In this document: positions 1 to 8,994 of the stretch, piece after piece
How positions within the stretch are numbered: position 1 is the first letter of the stretch
Layout: each line of letters begins with the position of its first letter
Source: a virus
Lineage: Duplodnaviria > Caudoviricetes
Reading direction: 5' to 3' (one strand)
DNA: 57,528 nucleotides
Virus record (IMG/VR): IMGVR_UViG_3300027746_000023
Span: 1-57,528 of that record
Made by a program: the position numbers and the translations under genes
The notes under the pieces: model-generated
Told to the model about the DNA's origin: nothing
Seen by the model: only the letters and a program-made list of their open reading frames with translations
Database searches by the model: none

Positions 1-343
1 CGACGCTGAAGGATGCTGCGCTTACTTGCTCCCCGATTCGGTTCAGCTCGGCGCTGAGTTCACCCACTCGGGAGAGGTCGATCGAGAACATAAAAGCGTC
101 GATGGCTTCATCCGATTTGCCTGTGTGAACGGCGCGCAAGACGTCGGCAATCGGCGCGCTTTGTAGCCAAGCGACGGCGGCGAGGTTGCGCATCTGGTCG
201 GCCTCGGAAAGCGTCCCATCGATGGTAATCCCAAGGCGCTGCATGAGGTGGAATGAGCCAATACTGAATGGCCGCATTTTTAGCCCGGCGACCTCAAGCG
301 TGTCGGGGCTGAGAAACATGTAGTCGGATTTTGGGTCGATCAT
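1..343 (-). CDS. Tail assembly chaperone (partial, cut by window edge)
   Basis: Near-identical to the 5' part of 38613-38999. Confidence 0.75.
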   Translation of the reverse strand, partial: MIDPKSDYMFLSPDTLEVAGLKMRPFSIGSFHLMQRLGITIDGTLSEADQMRNLAAVAWLQSAPIADVLRAVHTGKSDEAIDAFMFSIDLSRVGELSAELNRIGEQVSAASFSV

Positions 344-840
344 TTGAGGTAGGAGAGGAGTTTTGCTTTTTTGTCCTGAGGAAGCTCGGCGGGGATCGTG
401 ACCATGCGGTTGCCACGTCGGAGCACGGCGGCAGGAGTCATGGTGCGGATCTTGTCGCGCAGCTCGGAGAGGTGGCGGGCGCTCCACCGCATAAACGCAA
501 TCGGATGGTGTGAGTGCTCGAGGCACCACTGCTCGCTTTCGTAGCGGCTGCGGAATTCTTCAAAGTCAATTTCTTCGCGGCCTTCGGCGGTGACAAAAAG
601 CCCCTTGCTTGAGCCGTCGATGAACCACTCAATTTTGCGAAGTGGGCCTTTTTCCGTTTGCTCGACAGTGTCTCTGAATCCGCCAGTTTGAATGAGCCGA
701 AAGCCGCTCGTGAGCGCGTCGGCAATGAGCCGGGTGTTTGCTGCGTTGAGCGGGTTATTGCCGTATCGAATGCGTCCGTCGGCGTTTTTCTCACCGATGC
801 AAAACTCGGTGATGTAGTGGTAGCTGTCTCCTGATTTCAT
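340..840 (-). CDS. Conserved hypothetical protein in tail operon
   Basis: 166 aa; close homolog at 38996-39496 with mostly synonymous changes. Confidence 0.8.
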   Translation of the reverse strand: MKSGDSYHYITEFCIGEKNADGRIRYGNNPLNAANTRLIADALTSGFRLIQTGGFRDTVEQTEKGPLRKIEWFIDGSSKGLFVTAEGREEIDFEEFRSRYESEQWCLEHSHHPIAFMRWSARHLSELRDKIRTMTPAAVLRRGNRMVTIPAELPQDKKAKLLSYLK

Positions 841-891
841 AATGTGATCGGTAAGCAGACGACCGGTCTGCGAGCGGGCGCGGTAGCGCGG

Positions 892-1212
892 TTAGGTAGC
901 TGATGGGTAGCCCTCGCCGGAATATTCCCACGATTCCCAGTCGTCGTTATTTGTCTGGTTTTTCACGGAATTGATGATGACCTTGCCGGAAACAGCCGTT
1001 GGCTTGCCTGTGCCAGTGTCGTTGAGTGACACTGGGCACGAGATGCCTTTACCGGAGACAGTGAAGGAAAATTTCGGGTCGTAAACGGCCGCTTTGGAAA
1101 ATTTGCCCGCCTTGTCCACAAGGATGGCGACCTCGCCTTGGGAAGTGACTTCCACACTTTGCGCGGTGGCTGTCGTGACTTGCGAAATTCCGATAGTAGT
1201 TGGTGCGGCCAT
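892..1212 (-). CDS. Small putative tail tube-like protein 2
   Basis: 106 aa, rich in T/S/V/G; position upstream of chaperone; homolog 39548-39868. Confidence 0.55.
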   Translation of the reverse strand: MAAPTTIGISQVTTATAQSVEVTSQGEVAILVDKAGKFSKAAVYDPKFSFTVSGKGISCPVSLNDTGTGKPTAVSGKVIINSVKNQTNNDDWESWEYSGEGYPSAT

Positions 1213-1214
1213 GG

Positions 1215-1523
1215 TCAGTTTGAGGCGAATTGTTGATAGGTTACTTCATAATCTGGGAAGTCCTCAGCGGACTCGGAGAACTTAGCGGAGGTAATGACGG
1301 CGGTGGCAGTGACGTTTGCATTTGCAGTCACGGCTGGCGCGTAGGTACCCTTACCCTTAATCACTGTCTCCGTGGTCTTGACGCCTTTGAGCACGGCGAT
1401 TTTTGTGACGCCTGTCGTGTCGCGCACCGTAGCGATCTCGACGGACTCGGTTTTTGTCGTTTCCTGCACATACCCGGATGCCGGATCGGTGACGCCAAAA
1501 AGATCAATAGTTGCAAATGCCAT
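1215..1523 (-). CDS. Small putative tail tube-like protein 1
   Basis: Start MAFATIDLFGV as in homolog 39872-40180; T/V-rich. Confidence 0.55.
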   Translation of the reverse strand: MAFATIDLFGVTDPASGYVQETTKTESVEIATVRDTTGVTKIAVLKGVKTTETVIKGKGTYAPAVTANANVTATAVITSAKFSESAEDFPDYEVTYQQFASN

Positions 1524-1524
1524 G

Positions 1525-1683
1525 TTATTCTTCGGTGGTGGTGGGTGCGGCTGGGATGACCAGCGTGAAATAAATTTCCTTCTTCGTGCCGCCTTCGACT
1601 GGCACAGAGCCGATGCCTGCAAAGGCTCCGGCGGCGTTTGCCTCTTCGACAAGGGCGGTGAGTTTTTCGAGAAGCTCGCTCAT
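1525..1683 (-). CDS. 52-aa hypothetical protein (MSELLEKLTALVEEANAAG)
   Basis: Below ORF-track cutoff; conserved at 40183-40338; preceded by TTTGACA. Confidence 0.65.
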   Translation of the reverse strand: MSELLEKLTALVEEANAAGAFAGIGSVPVEGGTKKEIYFTLVIPAAPTTTEE

Positions 1684-1700
1684 TTGCCTTGTTTTAGTTG

Positions 1701-2099
1701 TCAAATTTCTCGGACACCGATGACGATATCCACCGTTGTGTGCAGGCGGTCAGTCTCGCGCGACTCCGACCAACTTGTGAGATGCCGCCCGCTGAAAACA
1801 AGCGTGGATGGAAAAAAATCGGAGACACCTGAGAGGTTAGCAGCAGCGCGAAGCGAGGCAGCAAGCGAGCGGTGCGTCTCCAGCGAATCCTCAATCACGG
1901 CAGGCGTGGAAAGCGTGATCTGCAAAGTGGCCCTGTAAAGCCCGGCAACAGGGCTGTCCGCGTTATCGCACGCCACGACGATGACCGGCATGTCTCCGGG
2001 GATTTCTCTCTCATCGCTGCTAGTGTGAATGCCTACGCCACCTAGTTCGGGAATGTCGTGCAGGTAATTCGCAACCGAATTTTGGATTTCAATAGTCAT
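1701..2099 (-). CDS. Putative tail terminator protein
   Basis: 132 aa; synteny; homolog 40356-40754. Confidence 0.6.
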   Translation of the reverse strand: MTIEIQNSVANYLHDIPELGGVGIHTSSDEREIPGDMPVIVVACDNADSPVAGLYRATLQITLSTPAVIEDSLETHRSLAASLRAAANLSGVSDFFPSTLVFSGRHLTSWSESRETDRLHTTVDIVIGVREI

Positions 2100-2419
2100 A
2101 AAGTTGAGCCAGGTACAATCGTGGCGACATGCTCAAACGGTGTGCCGGTCTGCTCGCGCAGGGTGGCTACGGTGTAGGTCTTGCCATCGATCAAAATCTG
2201 CTCGCCACGCCGGGGAGCGGATTGCAATGAAGAGGCCAGAAAGCGCGCGGTGAACTCGCCGCCCTGCCGCAGGCCGCCGGTCTCAAGATCAAGACCGATG
2301 GCGATGGCGGACAGGCCGACCTTGATCGACTGCCCGCGAAAGGTTGCTGGCTTGCCAAGGAGCGTATTGCGCGCGGTGGCGGCGAGGTTTTCGAGGTGGT
2401 CTTTTTGCGCGGGCGACAT
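2096..2419 (-). CDS. Head-tail joining protein (lambda FII-like)
   Basis: 107 aa; PRRGEQILIDGKTYTV motif; synteny. Confidence 0.7.
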   Translation of the reverse strand: MSPAQKDHLENLAATARNTLLGKPATFRGQSIKVGLSAIAIGLDLETGGLRQGGEFTARFLASSLQSAPRRGEQILIDGKTYTVATLREQTGTPFEHVATIVPGSTL

Positions 2420-2435
2420 GCCTGTGCAAGGGTGT

Positions 2436-2475
2436 CAAAAGCAGAACGCCCACCGGATTAGGTCCGGCGGGCGTT
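2436..2475 (-). terminator. Hairpin/terminator after capsid genes of phage A
   Basis: Inverted repeat AACGCCCACCGGA/TCCGGCGGGCGTT then CTGCTTTT on minus; equivalent at ~41100-41135. Confidence 0.55.
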
Positions 2476-2505
2476 GATGCCAGGAGGCGCAGAGAGCGCA
2501 GCGGG

Positions 2506-2751
2506 TTAGTTTTTCTTTTTGGGCTTTGGCGAGTCTTCTTGCACTTCAACAGGCGCGGGTGCGGCGGATGGCTTCTTCGCGTGGCGCTTGAGAGTATCGT
2601 TAAGCGATACAACGAGCGTCTCGTCTGCGGTGAATTCGCCGGCGACTTGCTTGGCCTTGAAGTCTGCGAGCTGCTCGCCGAGCGGGACGCTTGGCAGGTG
2701 CTTGACCTGCCAAGTGTCGCCGGTGCGAGTGAGCGTGATTGCGAGGCGCAT
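2506..2751 (-). CDS. Hypothetical protein after major capsid gene
   Basis: 81 aa, in operon. Confidence 0.65.
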   Translation of the reverse strand: MRLAITLTRTGDTWQVKHLPSVPLGEQLADFKAKQVAGEFTADETLVVSLNDTLKRHAKKPSAAPAPVEVQEDSPKPKKKN

Positions 2752-2756
2752 GTGGC

Positions 2757-3662
2757 TTAGGCCGAGACGATGCGTTTGAGGGCGGCGGCGTGGCCGAGGG
2801 CGAAGCCGTAGTTGACCTCGATGACTGATTTGTCGGTGTCGGTGTCAGGATCGCCCCATGCACGGTATTCGATGGTCAGGTTGGTCTCTGGGTCAGTTAC
2901 AACTTCGTAAGCGCTCAGTGTTTTAAGCACGCGCTCGCTTGGCTGAATAGGCGAGAATGCGACCAGGAGTGCTTCTGGCAGTGCAACCATACCGACGAGG
3001 TTTTGGCTGTTGCCAGGGATCAAGTTGGTTCCGATGACATCGAAACCGGCGATCTGTGGGAGGCGTCCGTTCTGGATGGCGGATGCGCTTCCGACTGCGG
3101 CAGCGTTTTTGATGCCAGCGTCCTTGAGAAGTGCGCCTTCATAAGCGTTGTCGAGGATCATAAGGCGGCTGGATTTTGGCCACTTGGCCTGATCAAGCGC
3201 AGTCTTGATGTTGATCATGTCATCGCTGTCGAACGCAGAGGCTGCGCCGGTGTGGATCGGTGCTCCGTAGTTGGCGAGGGTCACGACCGAGAGGATGTCG
3301 CGAAGGATGTCCTCGGCGAGTTTGCGGCCTTTCAAGAAGCCTAACTGTTCAGGATTGAAGTAAGGCTGGCGGGCGGCTTCTGCACTAGTAAAGCTGAAAG
3401 GTTGATACTTGCGCTTATTGATAGTGATGTCGCGGCTGTTAATCGCGTTTGTGTCGCCGAAGTTATAGGTTCCGTTGAAGTCGCTCGTCGCGTCGGTGGC
3501 GAGAGGATAAAACTGAACAGATACTTTGTCGGTGCCTTGGAGCGGAACGCTGTTAAAGACAGTCGAGAAGGAGTTGATGGGAAGAAGGGATTCGCGCAGG
3601 GCGACGAGCGCGCTGTCGAGAACCACATTCAGTTTCAGTTCGGATGAGATGGTGGTGGCCAT
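2757..3662 (-). CDS. Major capsid protein, phage A
   Basis: 301 aa after protease/scaffold; capsid-like IAGFDV and EVNYG motifs. Confidence 0.85.
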   Translation of the reverse strand: MATTISSELKLNVVLDSALVALRESLLPINSFSTVFNSVPLQGTDKVSVQFYPLATDATSDFNGTYNFGDTNAINSRDITINKRKYQPFSFTSAEAARQPYFNPEQLGFLKGRKLAEDILRDILSVVTLANYGAPIHTGAASAFDSDDMINIKTALDQAKWPKSSRLMILDNAYEGALLKDAGIKNAAAVGSASAIQNGRLPQIAGFDVIGTNLIPGNSQNLVGMVALPEALLVAFSPIQPSERVLKTLSAYEVVTDPETNLTIEYRAWGDPDTDTDKSVIEVNYGFALGHAAALKRIVSA

Positions 3663-3704
3663 GGTGTTTTTTTAGGTGAGCAGTTGGATTCGGGTTTTCG
3701 TGAT

Positions 3705-4838
3705 TTATTGCGGTGTCAAATTTTTGGCCGCGATTTCGAGCGCCTTGCGGTTTGCGCGGAAGATGCGTGTCTTCTCTGCGCCTGTGGCGTTACGCCATTG
3801 TTCAAGGATGTTCTCTGCGTTCTGAGTTGGCAGGACTTCGGGGGTTTCGCGGGCGGCTGAGAGGCCGAGGCTGCGCTCGAGGCGGTCGAGTGATTCGCGC
3901 TCCACGGCGATTTCGCTGCGGAGGAATTCGATATTTGCGCTGGCTTCTTTGAGTCCGGCCACGGCTGCATCGCGCTCGGCGATGACGGCGTTGTATTTGG
4001 CGAGGATGGCATCAGCGGCGGCGAGTTTTGCCTGTGGCTCGGCGGGAGCTTCGACAACTTCGGGCGCGGGAGCTTCGACGGTCTCGGTTTCGACGACCTC
4101 TGTTTTATTGGTCGTTTCGACCATTGTCTCGGCAGGAGCGGATTCGCTCACGACGGTGGCGGTGATGATCTCAGCGGCTTCTTCAGCGACTTCGGCTGAG
4201 TAGGTGATGACTTCTGTTTGGTTCATAGAGCTTGATGCCTTTGCGAATTTGTCAAAACGAGCCCGGAGCATTTCGGGGGTTGCGGTGGCTGCTGCGGCAA
4301 CGCCTTCTTCGATGGCGTCGGCGAATCCAAGGGCCACGGCTTCGACTGCATCGAGCCAGGTTTCTTCGTCCATCATTTTGGCGATCTCTTCGGCATCCAT
4401 GCCGGTCTTGCGCACGTAGGCGTTGACGAGAGTGCTCTTGAGCTTGTCGAGAAGGTCGGCTTCTTTGCGGAGGTCTTTGCTCTCGCCCATGGAGACGGTC
4501 CAAGGATTATGAATCATCAAGAGTGCATTATCGGCGATAAAGACCGGCGAACCGGACATTGCCACTACGCTCGCCATGGACGCAGCCAAGGCATCGATGT
4601 GGACGGTCAGACCGCCTTCGTGCCTGCGTAACGAATTATATATCGCAGTCCCTTCAATGACACTTCCGCCCGGAGAATTGATGCGGAGGTGGATGTGTTG
4701 GCCTGAGAGTTTGCCGAGGTTAGAGAGGAATTCTTTGCTGCCTGCGCCAAAAGCACCGATCTCGTCGTAGAGAGTGACGGTGGTTTCGTTGTTGCCGGTT
4801 TGTTCCAAAGCATAAAATTTCGGGGTGGGTGTGGTCAT
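3705..4838 (-). CDS. ClpP-like head maturation protease with C-terminal scaffold
   Basis: LRINSPGGSV, LAASMASV, MIHNPW, ETWLDAVEAVALGFAD; acidic coiled-coil tail. Confidence 0.92.
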   Translation of the reverse strand: MTTPTPKFYALEQTGNNETTVTLYDEIGAFGAGSKEFLSNLGKLSGQHIHLRINSPGGSVIEGTAIYNSLRRHEGGLTVHIDALAASMASVVAMSGSPVFIADNALLMIHNPWTVSMGESKDLRKEADLLDKLKSTLVNAYVRKTGMDAEEIAKMMDEETWLDAVEAVALGFADAIEEGVAAAATATPEMLRARFDKFAKASSSMNQTEVITYSAEVAEEAAEIITATVVSESAPAETMVETTNKTEVVETETVEAPAPEVVEAPAEPQAKLAAADAILAKYNAVIAERDAAVAGLKEASANIEFLRSEIAVERESLDRLERSLGLSAARETPEVLPTQNAENILEQWRNATGAEKTRIFRANRKALEIAAKNLTPQ

Positions 4839-6316
4839 GGTTGTGGCGTGGGTGTGGTGATTTCTTGCGGGGATGAGGGATCGACCGACGCTGTGTCGGG
4901 CGTGTGGAGCTTGTTCGGGAAGACCTCTTCAATCTCTAGGCCGAGGGCTTCGCATTTCTGTTTGCGGCGGACGTAGGTCTGAATGACATCCTCCTCCTCC
5001 TCCTCCGCGCGGAGTCCCTGCATGTTGTAAAAGCGCGTGGGCGAAAGATGCCCCTTGTCGAGTTGCTCGCTGTAGGCGCGGGCATCGCGGCCGCTGTCCA
5101 CGGTGATCTTGCGCGGGGCAAGCCATTCGTGGCGCCACCAGTCGTCACCGGGGTAATCCAATCGCCCGGCTTGGATCTCATGCCAGAGCCAGTATTTGTA
5201 GAAAGGGCGGCAAAACTGATCGATGACCATCTGCTGAAGCCGCTCGAGGAAGTTCTGTGTGACTTCCAAAACGGCGCGTTGCTCGGTGCCTGCCAATCCG
5301 ACATTCACCATCATGGCTTCTGGCGGCAAACCGATGGCGAAGGCGACATCCGATCGGAGGGCGCGCATCACGGCTTCGTAGGTCTGGCCAGGGATGTCGT
5401 TCTTAAAGGCTTCCAGCTTTTCGCCTGGCTTGAGGCGGGGAAGGAGGATGCCGTTCGGAAGGTCGGTGGTCTGGAGGTCGCCGACTTCGTTGGTGGTGGA
5501 TTTCAGTCCAGCACCGAGGCCGATCTTGGCGACTTCGGTGCTGGTCACCATGTAGCCAATCTGCGCACCTGCCTTGTATGCGCCTTTGACGAAGCCGTTT
5601 ATTTCCGAAATGTCGCGCAGGTGGGAGACTGCGGAGTGAAGCCACGAGACGCCGCGAGGCTGTCCGTGCCGGCGGATGTGCCGCATGTGCAGCACTTGGT
5701 CGGCGGATATATCTTTGCCGCCGATCGTGTAGGCTGCGGGCGCGCCGAATTGATCGAGGCGCACGCCGTCGTGCGTGAAGTCGTCTGTGTTGCCAAAGCT
5801 GGCAGATCCGCCGATGGCTTCGCCGCCGATGAAGCGCACACGGGCGGCATCTTCCTTTGTCTTTAAAAATTGCGCGAAGAAGTCGCCGTCGATGGCGACC
5901 TGTCTGAGAATGAGAGATTGCGCGGTGTAAAAATTAACCTGTGCGCCAGCATCAAAGGCCCATGCCTCGGCGCAGTTTCGATCCTCGAAATACTGATCGA
6001 CTTTCTTGTTCCACGCGGCGTTTGCTGTCTTCGGCTGAACCACAATGCCGGTGCCGATGGCGCGTTGTGCCAAGTGCTCAACGATGTATGTGGCCTGCGG
6101 CGCGTTGTTGTAGAGCCAGCGCGAGAGGCGCAGGATTTCCATGCGCGTGTAGGCCGTGAGTTCGCGCTTGGGGTCGGTGGTCGGCACCCATACAAGGCCG
6201 CGATTTAGCGAGGGTTGCGCGGCTTCAAATGCCGCTGCTTTGGCGTCGAGCTTGCGCGGGCGACCAGCTCCGGGGCGAGTTCCGCCCCAACTTGATTTTT
6301 TGATTTTTGACGGCAC
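4835..6316 (-). CDS. Portal protein, lambda family
   Basis: 493 aa; DGDFF, QPRGVSW, LKPGEK motifs. Confidence 0.9.
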   Translation of the reverse strand: MPSKIKKSSWGGTRPGAGRPRKLDAKAAAFEAAQPSLNRGLVWVPTTDPKRELTAYTRMEILRLSRWLYNNAPQATYIVEHLAQRAIGTGIVVQPKTANAAWNKKVDQYFEDRNCAEAWAFDAGAQVNFYTAQSLILRQVAIDGDFFAQFLKTKEDAARVRFIGGEAIGGSASFGNTDDFTHDGVRLDQFGAPAAYTIGGKDISADQVLHMRHIRRHGQPRGVSWLHSAVSHLRDISEINGFVKGAYKAGAQIGYMVTSTEVAKIGLGAGLKSTTNEVGDLQTTDLPNGILLPRLKPGEKLEAFKNDIPGQTYEAVMRALRSDVAFAIGLPPEAMMVNVGLAGTEQRAVLEVTQNFLERLQQMVIDQFCRPFYKYWLWHEIQAGRLDYPGDDWWRHEWLAPRKITVDSGRDARAYSEQLDKGHLSPTRFYNMQGLRAEEEEEDVIQTYVRRKQKCEALGLEIEEVFPNKLHTPDTASVDPSSPQEITTPTPQP

Positions 6317-6331
6317 GCCACTGGCGGCGTG

Positions 6332-6607
6332 TCAAACGGCGGTGCCGTATCGGGAGCGGTCGGCGATGGCGAAAAGCTGGCGCCCGTTCGGGCCTTCGCT
6401 CAGGATGTCTTCGACTGCCTGGAGCAAGAGCCACTTTGGGAAACTGATCTGCCCACCTGTGCCGGTGCCGTCGGATGACAGAGAGGTGATGACGACTTCC
6501 TCGGTGGCGCTGGCGAAGGTGGCGAGCGCCAGGGCTTCAAGTTCCTGCGTTGTCTTGGTGCGGCGCAGGTAGCTTTTAACGCCGGAGATTTTGTCGAGGT
6601 CGGTCAC
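6332..6607 (-). CDS. Head completion/adaptor protein (gpW position)
   Basis: 91 aa between terminase and portal; homolog 44980-45261. Confidence 0.6.
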   Translation of the reverse strand: MTDLDKISGVKSYLRRTKTTQELEALALATFASATEEVVITSLSSDGTGTGGQISFPKWLLLQAVEDILSEGPNGRQLFAIADRSRYGTAV

Positions 6608-6635
6608 GCCTCGGCGGGCGTGTCAAAATGGAAAT

Positions 6636-6765
6636 GCAGGAACGGTGTGCACTTCCTTTTCAAGCGTGGGCTTTCGGGAGTCTTGGGTCATAAATGACCG
6701 CCCATCCCACCGTCGTCAGTGTGCTTCTGCGAGAGGCCGCTTCGGTCGTATGTCCGCCTGCCTGC
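6636..6765 (-). ncRNA. Candidate structured ncRNA
   Basis: GC-rich intergenic stretch starting 13 nt after TTTGACT; ends GCAGG/CCTGC can pair; internal hairpin GGTCAT-TT-ATGACC. Confidence 0.35.
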
Positions 6766-6880
6766 GTGGTGGCGGGCGAGTCAAAGTTTAGAATCTGTCG
6801 AGTTGTTCAAGCGTGGCTTAAGTTCGCTCGGCACTTTCTAAACATGAAAGAAATATTAGTGCTTTTTTCTTTCTAAACTT

Positions 6881-7038
6881 GTTGAAAAAACGACCCTGTT
6901 TTTTCAACGATACCCGATGAGATATACGGCAACGAAGATATACTTTGTTTATACCGGATGAGGTATAAGTCATAAAAATTGACTTAAAAAATTGTATGCG
7001 TTTTTCTGACGAAACATCAATTTCGTGACGCCACGAAA
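6881..7038. repeat. Chain of different short inverted repeats
   Basis: Six abutting palindromes, e.g. GTTGAAAAAAC-N6-GTTTTTTCAAC, TATACC-N6-GGTATA, AAGTCA-N7-TGACTT. Confidence 0.75.
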
Positions 7039-7074
7039 ATGGTCGGCATCATATCGGCGACTCCACCGAATTGC

Positions 7075-7287
7075 TCAGAACATACCGAAGATTTTGCGAA
7101 GATCGTCCACGGATTTTGAGTCGTTTACCGGCGCGTGTTCGGATTCGTCTTCGCCTTCGTGAAAGGCAAAATCCCATGTTTGGTCAAAGAGCTTCCGCAG
7201 GCCGCGCGCGCTCATCGTGATGTTGCCGTCGCCCGCGAAGCTGGGATTTTTTGCGACATAGATTTTCCAGAGTTGGGATTTTTTCAC
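7075..7287 (-). CDS. Hypothetical protein
   Basis: 70 aa directly after terminase. Confidence 0.65.
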   Translation of the reverse strand: MKKSQLWKIYVAKNPSFAGDGNITMSARGLRKLFDQTWDFAFHEGEDESEHAPVNDSKSVDDLRKIFGMF

Positions 7288-7290
7288 AGG

Positions 7291-8994
7291 TCAGTTTTTT
7301 AAGATGTGCCAGGCGACATGGCAGAGTTTTACGGCGTCCATGTAGTGATCCTGCGCGACGGATTTCCACACGAACTCTTGCCCGGTGGCGGTCTTGCGGG
7401 GCACGAGGCGCTGGCCGCTCATGCCTCGCAGGAAGTCCTCGGTCGTGTCGCGCGGGATGGCGAGCGGGGGCTTGGCGTTTCGGATGCGGTCGATGAAGAG
7501 TTCCGTTTTGATGGCGTGGTCCACGAAGGTGTAGAGCACGACGCCGGGGAAATCGTCGATGACGGTGCGCCCGATGCGGCTGCCGAAGGTTGCGCCAGAG
7601 CCTTTGGCGGCGTGGAAGAATCCACCGGAGTTCTGGCAGGCTGTGTAAACTCGGAAGGTGGCGTAACCGGAATCCAGCATGCCGCACTCGGGGCGGACTT
7701 CCTGCCCGCTGGGTGTGCGGTAGATGCGGCGGGGCGAGTCGGCGAGGAGATCCTCGATGGTGAGCGTGGTGCCGTAGTCGAGCACGAAGCTCTGGCCGTT
7801 GGCGTCGAAGGCCACCGTGGTCCAGTGCTGTTTGTCCTGACCGATGTCGGCGCAGGTGACGATGTGCGCTGGCTCGATGGGGCAGGTGCCGCGCGTGTAG
7901 TCGCCGCGCAGGCTGAGGATGCTAGCGTCGCCGATGCTGGTCTCGACCTGTTCCCACGGCATGGCCATGGTGCTGTTGGTGAAATCTTGCAGTCCGTTAA
8001 GCGTGTCCTTGTCGCGGAGGAATTTCACCGCGAGCGCGCCGAAAGTGCAGGAGCGCCACGGCGCGTAGAGGGAGTTCAGGTGGAAGCTGCGAAAGCCTCG
8101 CTGTGCGCTGGGGTTTGTGGCTTGCCACTTGCCGTCTTGGAGGGCTTCGATTTTCTGGCCGTCGTTCCACTCGCCTTGGCATCGCTGGCAAATGTAGCGC
8201 GCGGATTCCTCGACTCGCGCCATGTTCCACTTGCCGGCCACTTTCGCCTCGGTGTCCCACTTGACCTGCTCCCACAAAAGCTCGATGCGCTCGTGGCAAT
8301 GCGGGCAGGCGAGCATGAATTTTTCCTGCGTGCCTTTCTGGTATTCCTGCCAGATCGCACCGTCCGGCGTGGTGGGTGTGCTGGTCTTGACGCGAAGCGC
8401 GCCGACGAAGGACTTGGTGCGGTTCTCTGCGAGGAAAAGCGCGGAGGTTTCTTGGTCGGTCTCGCGTGCGAATTTGTCCACCTCGTCCATGAGCAAGAGT
8501 CCGGCGGGGCGGCTGGCGAGGTTTGCCGGGGAGTTGCTGCCGACGAAGACGAGCGAGCACCGCGAAAAATGCTGCTCGAGGTTTTTGAATCGGTGCCGGT
8601 CCGCTGGCTTCTGAGCGGCGAGCGTGGCGCTGTCGTCGAAGAGCGGGAGCCAGCGCGTCTCGGAGAACGATCGCGCGAGGCCTTCGGTGGGCATGACCCA
8701 AACGACCGGCTGCGGCTTGTTCACGATCCGCCAGGCCGTGCCTGCTTGCACCATCGTGGTCTTGCCGGTCTGCGTCCCAAAGACGAGCACGAGGTCGGAG
8801 ACATCGACATCGCCGAAACACTCAAGCGGCTCGCGGAGGTAGGGCGTGAGGCGGGTCGAAAATGCTCCCGGCATCTGCGTCTGCCGCTCGCTCAAGATGA
8901 CCTCGTCAGCGCACCACTCAGTCACGGTGCGCCGGTCAATCGGCGCGTAGATCGAGCGCAGGTGTTCGCGTAGGGCTTCGGCGGCGGGGGTCAT
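7291..8994 (-). CDS. Terminase large subunit, lambda GpA family
   Basis: TPYLREP, GTQTGKT Walker A, LLMDEVDK, CPHC and CQRC, DHYMDA; likely start at 8994 overlaps the upstream stop. Confidence 0.95.
   Translation of the reverse strand: MTPAAEALREHLRSIYAPIDRRTVTEWCADEVILSERQTQMPGAFSTRLTPYLREPLECFGDVDVSDLVLVFGTQTGKTTMVQAGTAWRIVNKPQPVVWVMPTEGLARSFSETRWLPLFDDSATLAAQKPADRHRFKNLEQHFSRCSLVFVGSNSPANLASRPAGLLLMDEVDKFARETDQETSALFLAENRTKSFVGALRVKTSTPTTPDGAIWQEYQKGTQEKFMLACPHCHERIELLWEQVKWDTEAKVAGKWNMARVEESARYICQRCQGEWNDGQKIEALQDGKWQATNPSAQRGFRSFHLNSLYAPWRSCTFGALAVKFLRDKDTLNGLQDFTNSTMAMPWEQVETSIGDASILSLRGDYTRGTCPIEPAHIVTCADIGQDKQHWTTVAFDANGQSFVLDYGTTLTIEDLLADSPRRIYRTPSGQEVRPECGMLDSGYATFRVYTACQNSGGFFHAAKGSGATFGSRIGRTVIDDFPGVVLYTFVDHAIKTELFIDRIRNAKPPLAIPRDTTEDFLRGMSGQRLVPRKTATGQEFVWKSVAQDHYMDAVKLCHVAWHILKN

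Larger units (their letters stand above)
1..2440. repeat. Diverged direct repeat, copy 1 (chaperone to head-tail genes); copy 2 at ~38657-41095
   Basis: Colinear homologous ORFs; first 127 nt identical, then increasing divergence. Confidence 0.95.

Noticed and set aside
2757-3662. Capsid segment DDMINIKTAL as self-target of guide unit 1
   Set aside because: Only about 5 of 14 dinucleotides match, which is not convincing.
7306-8973. Long antisense ORFs (also 5048-5866, 42272-43420, 45316-45993)
   Set aside because: Shadow frames opposite well-supported genes in GC-rich DNA.
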